A stretch of DNA of 64,000 bases from Macrostomum lignano. Its lineage: Eukaryota. The stretch covers positions 62,001 through 126,000 of the forward strand of contig NIVC01000754.1 in the NCBI GenBank assembly GCA_002269645.1, in the 5' to 3' direction. The translations under genes were made by a program, and so were the position numbers. Of the stretch, positions 59,350 to 64,000 are shown piece after piece. A model generated the notes under the pieces. That model was given only the letters and a program-made list of their open reading frames with translations. It was not told the DNA's origin and searched no databases. Within the stretch, counting starts at the first letter, position 1, and every line of letters begins with the position of its first letter.

Positions 59350-59890
59350 CTCAATATGAAGAAGCAAAGAGAGCCAATACAAATAAAGGCTGATTGCGAG
59401 CGCCGAGAAACAGATTAGAACTGCTGGCCTCGCAAAAGCTCCGTCGCCTCGATCGTCTGTTGTTTTGAACAAAATTGCTGGTTCGGACTGACTGCGGCTC
59501 GAACTGCAGAGCAGACGACCGCGTACTCGGCAACTGCACGATTGCCGCCAAGCACATTGATAAGGGATTAGATGATCAGACCTAGTCGAACTATGATTTG
59601 ACTGCTTATGTGTTGCTTTTGAGCCGTTGAGTTCACCGCCGCCTCCGATGGCAGCCCACAAATCAAGCAGATGCTGACCAACACCATTTAGCTAGCTGAA
59701 TAAGTTATAGAGACCGATGTGATACTGAGATACAAATCCTGTATGCTAACATTGCTACTAACAGTATTAACGCTTTCATCACACTTCTGTTTTATAACTT
59801 TTAAAATCACTTACACGTTGGTCTTTGGAGGCTAAGCGTATAAAAAGAGGGGGAGAACGCAAATTACCTTCTCGATAACCGTCACTCGCA

Positions 59891-60699
59891 ATGCTCCAGA
59901 AGCGCTATTGCTTGCTCATCTCCTGCTCTGCTCTCCTGCTGAGTTGCGCAGTCCGTGCCAGAGTGTTCCGAGTTTCCTACATTGGCTGCTTTGTTGACTT
60001 CTCAGACAGGGATCTGAATGGGCTGGAAGGCATCGATACAATCGGCTCTGTACCGGTAGACGCCAGAAAAAAGCTGACAAGCAGGTCAGACATGACTGTC
60101 GAGTTCTGCGGTGGCTTCTGCTCTCTGGGAGGATTTCCCTACTTTGGAGTGCAGCACAGAAGGCAGTGCTTCTGCGGCAGGTCCTACGGCCATTTCGGAA
60201 AGTCCAATGAAACCGATTGCAAATTTTCTTGCTTGGGAAACTCAAAGCAGGAGTGCGGAGGCCATTGGCGCAACTCGGTGTTCGCTCTGACCTACCCGAG
60301 TGAGTGTTTAATATCGATTTGGGCTGCTATGGGCTGACAACGCTTTAAAAAATTTAATACGAGCCATTATATTGAGCTACAAATCGACATAAATGTTTTG
60401 TTGTCAGGTGTCCTGCCGTCAAATTTCATTTTATTCCAGAGCGGAGCTGCTTCAAGCAGTCGCAGATGCCCAGCCTCAACGTCTCGTCGACTCTGCCGAC
60501 CTCCTGGAGCATCGCCGCCCAAACAGCTCTGGACTGCCTGATCCCGTGCGAGGCCTCAGCTGACTGCCAGGCTGTGATTTTCTCTGGCCAGCAGCGCCTG
60601 TGCCACCTGCTGAGGTTCGCCTACCCGCCTGCCAGTCTGAGCAGCACCGATGGAGACTTTTTGTTCGCGGCTGAGTCTGCTCGAAGCAAGACAGTTTGA
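59891..60699 (+). CDS. WSC-PAN copy I (divergent WSC subtype); exons 59891-60299 and 60440-60699
   Basis: Signal peptide, WSC, canonical splice sites, TATA near 59840. A 1-nt deletion extends the C-terminus (..FLFAAESARSKTV). Confidence 0.88.
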
Positions 60700-61638
60700 A
60701 AAACTGCAAATACTTCGTAAAATATATTGTACAGGTCATCTGACGCCAAAAAATAAATCCCTATACTTTTAAAAAATAAGCCAAGTAGTGCACTCGTATC
60801 GGAGCATTTGATGCCCACTATACTCCAAATTGACAGCCAAGAAAAGGTCGCACGTAGGGCAGAGGCAAGGCAAAAATTCACGGCAGAGGCGGGTCATGAC
60901 TTGAGCAAGTCGCAACTGGCGTTGGCGCGCATGCAAGATGTCATCTTTTTGAGTGGTGAAGCTGCTTTTCCCCGACAAATTACACCTGCTTGTTACTGGT
61001 AGTTCGAGGGCAAGTGCTAGTGCTGGGAACTGCCTTAGGCATAGACTCGATCAAATCCTCTAACACCAAAATAACCTAGAGTAGAGCCCTTATTTGCTAC
61101 CATCAGTCAGCAAAAATTTTTTTTGAGTTCAATTTTTAGTGCACTTTGATGAGAGCTATGCCAGCTGCTCAGCTTTATTGTTCGCTGAGTCTGGTGAAGC
61201 CCTGACAACTGATAGATGAGAGTGCAAGGATGCGATGCAAACAGCGCATTTTCTCCGGTTTGAAGCAGCTCTGACTAGAAATACACTGACTGTAAGAAGA
61301 GTTGAACATATTTTTCGAATCTTATAGTCAAGTGAGCACAGAATTAAATCCTTAACGCATCTTAAAAGCTTCGCTAAATGATTGACAGGAAGGAGTGAAG
61401 TAGTTTTATGGCAATAATTTTCTTTTTGCAAATTAGCAAAAACTCAAGCAAACAAACTTTCGTAGATGCGGCGGTTTGGCCAATATTTTCCAGTCATTTT
61501 GTTGGAGTTCGGAGCCTGGATTTAAATAGACGATGAAAATCTTATCAGATTATCTACTGCCATGCTAAATGTCAGGCTGGTACAACTAATTCTGTCTCTT
61601 ATCAGGGCTAGGAAAACTGTGAAAATTCAAATAGAAAG

Positions 61639-63075
61639 TGTAGTGAGTCGCTAGTTTAGTTAGGCGCCGCACTAGTCAGCTGGTTCCCTCGCCCTCGCCC
61701 CAGGCTTCTGTCTGCCGCTGGGCAGTTGCCTGTCCCCGCCTGTCCTCTGGCCTGTCCCTTGCCCGTTTGCCTGTCTGTCTGTTTGTCCTCGTTTGCCCCC
61801 CCTTTTGTCTTGTGCTCCCGTTTTGCAGTGCCCAGACAGCTTGGTCTGGCCTGCCTCTGTTTCGTTCTCTGTTTGGCATCTCCAAATTTGGAGTGCTGTC
61901 CTGTTCCGGTTCCAAGGTCACGAGTGCCTTCACTTGTGGGCCTTTTCCCCCTTGTCATGTGAGCCAGTCACATGACAGGGCCTTCTTCCTTCTTTAGTCC
62001 AAAGTGCAATGATTTCATCATTGTACGCTGGGCTCGTGTTTATGGGGAGATCACGTGTGCCCGGACCCATGCCTCCTCTGAGCAGAACCCGCTCGCTTGT
62101 TGCTAAAATTAGCATCAGAGTCAGAGGTGACTCTCAGCGGGGGGTCTTTCGTTAAGTGGTGCAATCGATTCTCTCTATAAATGCAGCCCCTCTCATGGCT
62201 TGGCTCAGTCAACCGTTTTCCGCGTTTCCTAGTTCGAAAGACCTTCAAGAATAAACCCGTATGTCGGATTTCCATCCTCCAAATATTTGTACTTTCTGTT
62301 TTGGAAATCAGCCTCTTACTTTTCAGTCAGCCGTCTCCCTTCGTCTACCATGCGCTTCCCCACAGACAACCTCAACCGTTAATTCATGATAGATAATTAT
62401 TCAGCTAACCTGTTCATTATTGTTAGCTCGTAGTATAAATACAACTTCAACCGCGGCTTAGGCCCTTCACTTCTTTTCTGCCCCGCTAATCACATATAGC
62501 TCGTGTTATAAGTTTATTGTGTCTAGTTTCGTTTGGGCCACAAACGATTGCATCGACGGAAATTGTGAACTAAGTAAATTTTTGCGCGCCTTTTAGGCAT
62601 CGAAACAGGAATACAACAGATTGCTTATCTGCGAATAGTCTATGGTCAAGCCGCCCCCATCTTTGGATATTCCCAACGGGTTATATTTGGATATACCCAT
62701 TTGCAGATAAGCAATCTGTATATTCCTGTATCAATGCATTTGCGAGGATATTTTTTATTCAATACAACAAAGCTGAATAAACAGATTGTATACATGCATG
62801 AAAACGGCCGTAACGTGGGTATAATGAAACGTGGACCAATTGTTCCGCAATAATCGAGGAGTAGAGCTAGAATCGACAATAACTACACTCACATCGGCCG
62901 AATTGCATGGTTTGTTCCGCATGGGATCCTCGGGGCAAGCCTCTTCTTCGCTTGGCAGTGGTGGCAGAGCATCATCGTTACCGCATTCAATGAATCGGAT
63001 CAACTCCATCAACTCTTCGTCATCCGCCTCGTCACGTCCACCCATACTCAAGTACACCTGTACACCTATACTTCA
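61639..63075. mobile_element. Composite LTR-like insertion absent from the paralogous site near 15296
   Basis: Paralog reads AAATAAAGAGCACTTCG without a break. Here about 1.4 kb starting TG and ending CA intervenes, including a TATA/AATAAA-bearing LTR-like piece at about 62023-62350. Confidence 0.6.
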
Positions 63076-63341
63076 AGAGCACTTCGACGGCTATTCAAAA
63101 TTGAAAGCATCTCTTTTGTCTTGCCTTCTTTCTAGCTTCTTTGATGAACGTCTGGATTGAGGGCCGCTCACAGTTATTATTCGCAAATTTTTCACAATTG
63201 ATAATGATATATTGACGCACTTTTTCATGAGCTTTAAAACATGACTTTTCTCTGTTGTTTTCAAGTTGAAAATATATTTTCAGATTCTCTTTAAAAATCT
63301 AGTCTTAATAAACGATGCCAATCGGTCAATCAGTCAGAAAA

Positions 63342-64000
63342 TCATCCACGCAGGAAAAAGTCTCCGTCGGTGCTGCTCAGACTGGCAGGCGGGTAGGCGA
63401 ACCTCAGCAGGTGGCACAGGCGCTGCTGGCCAGAGGAAATCACAGCCTGGCACTCAGCTGAGGCCTCGCACGGGATCAGGCAGTCCAGAGCTGTTTGGGC
63501 GGCGATGCTCCAGGAGGTCGGCAGAGTCGACGAGACGTTGAGGCTGGGCATCTGCGACTGCTTGAAGCAGCTCCGCTCTGAAGTAAACAAAAAGGGCTAG
63601 TTTTAGTGCAGGAAGCATCTCACTTGAACAGTAACGTCCCGAATTTTGAGTTCGGTTTCTTAAAGCTGCTCAAGTATAATCCAAGTTTAGGCTTCACAAC
63701 ATCAATCATAAACTCAGACTCAGATAGACTGCAAGTTTCTTGCAATCGCCATTGAAGTCTTGTTGTCATGTACTTGCGTCTCCAATTCATCAGTTCACTG
63801 TTTGAGCGTCTACCAGAAATAGACAATCAATTCTGAGTGAGTGCAATCTGAGTGCAAGAAAACTCACTCGGGTATTTCAGAGCGAACACCGAATTTAGCC
63901 AAAAGCCTCCACAGATTTGGCTGGAGTTTCCGTTGCAAGGCATGTTGCAGTCGCTTTCATTGGCTGGTCCGATCGAGCCGTAGTCCCAGCTGCAGAAACA
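63342..64000 (-). CDS. WSC-PAN copy J (5' end beyond window); exons 63868->64000 and 63342-63577
   Basis: CFCSWDYGSIGPANESDCNMPCNGNSSQICGGFWLNSVFALKYP, donor, PAN exon. Confidence 0.88.

Overview
Eukaryotic (invertebrate-like) genomic DNA with GT-AG introns, TATA boxes and dense TEs. The flavour suggests a flatworm such as Macrostomum, but this cannot be confirmed from the sequence. (1) 1-10140 is the right half of a Polinton/Maverick: pPolB, ATPase, adenain-like protease, major and minor capsid proteins, integrase and an ACTACT terminus. It also carries a TATA-binding-protein homolog and a PC4-like protein. (2) The Maverick sits inside an RTE-like LINE (10141-13320) whose 5' half is inverted in a twin-priming geometry and starts with an HDV-like ribozyme candidate and a 2A-like xVExNPGP motif. 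(3) 13.8-64 kb is a tandem, mixed-orientation array of ten two-exon genes or pseudogenes encoding secreted WSC + PAN/Apple proteins. The WSC exon is variable and mosaic between copies, while the PAN exon is almost invariant even at silent sites. (4) The array is interrupted by a decayed DIRS/Ngaro element, a Gypsy element with an internal 4.5-kb inversion and a nested R1/LOA-like LINE, solo LTRs, hAT MITEs, a tRNA-SINE and fold-back MITEs. All homology calls come from motif recognition by eye; no searches were run.
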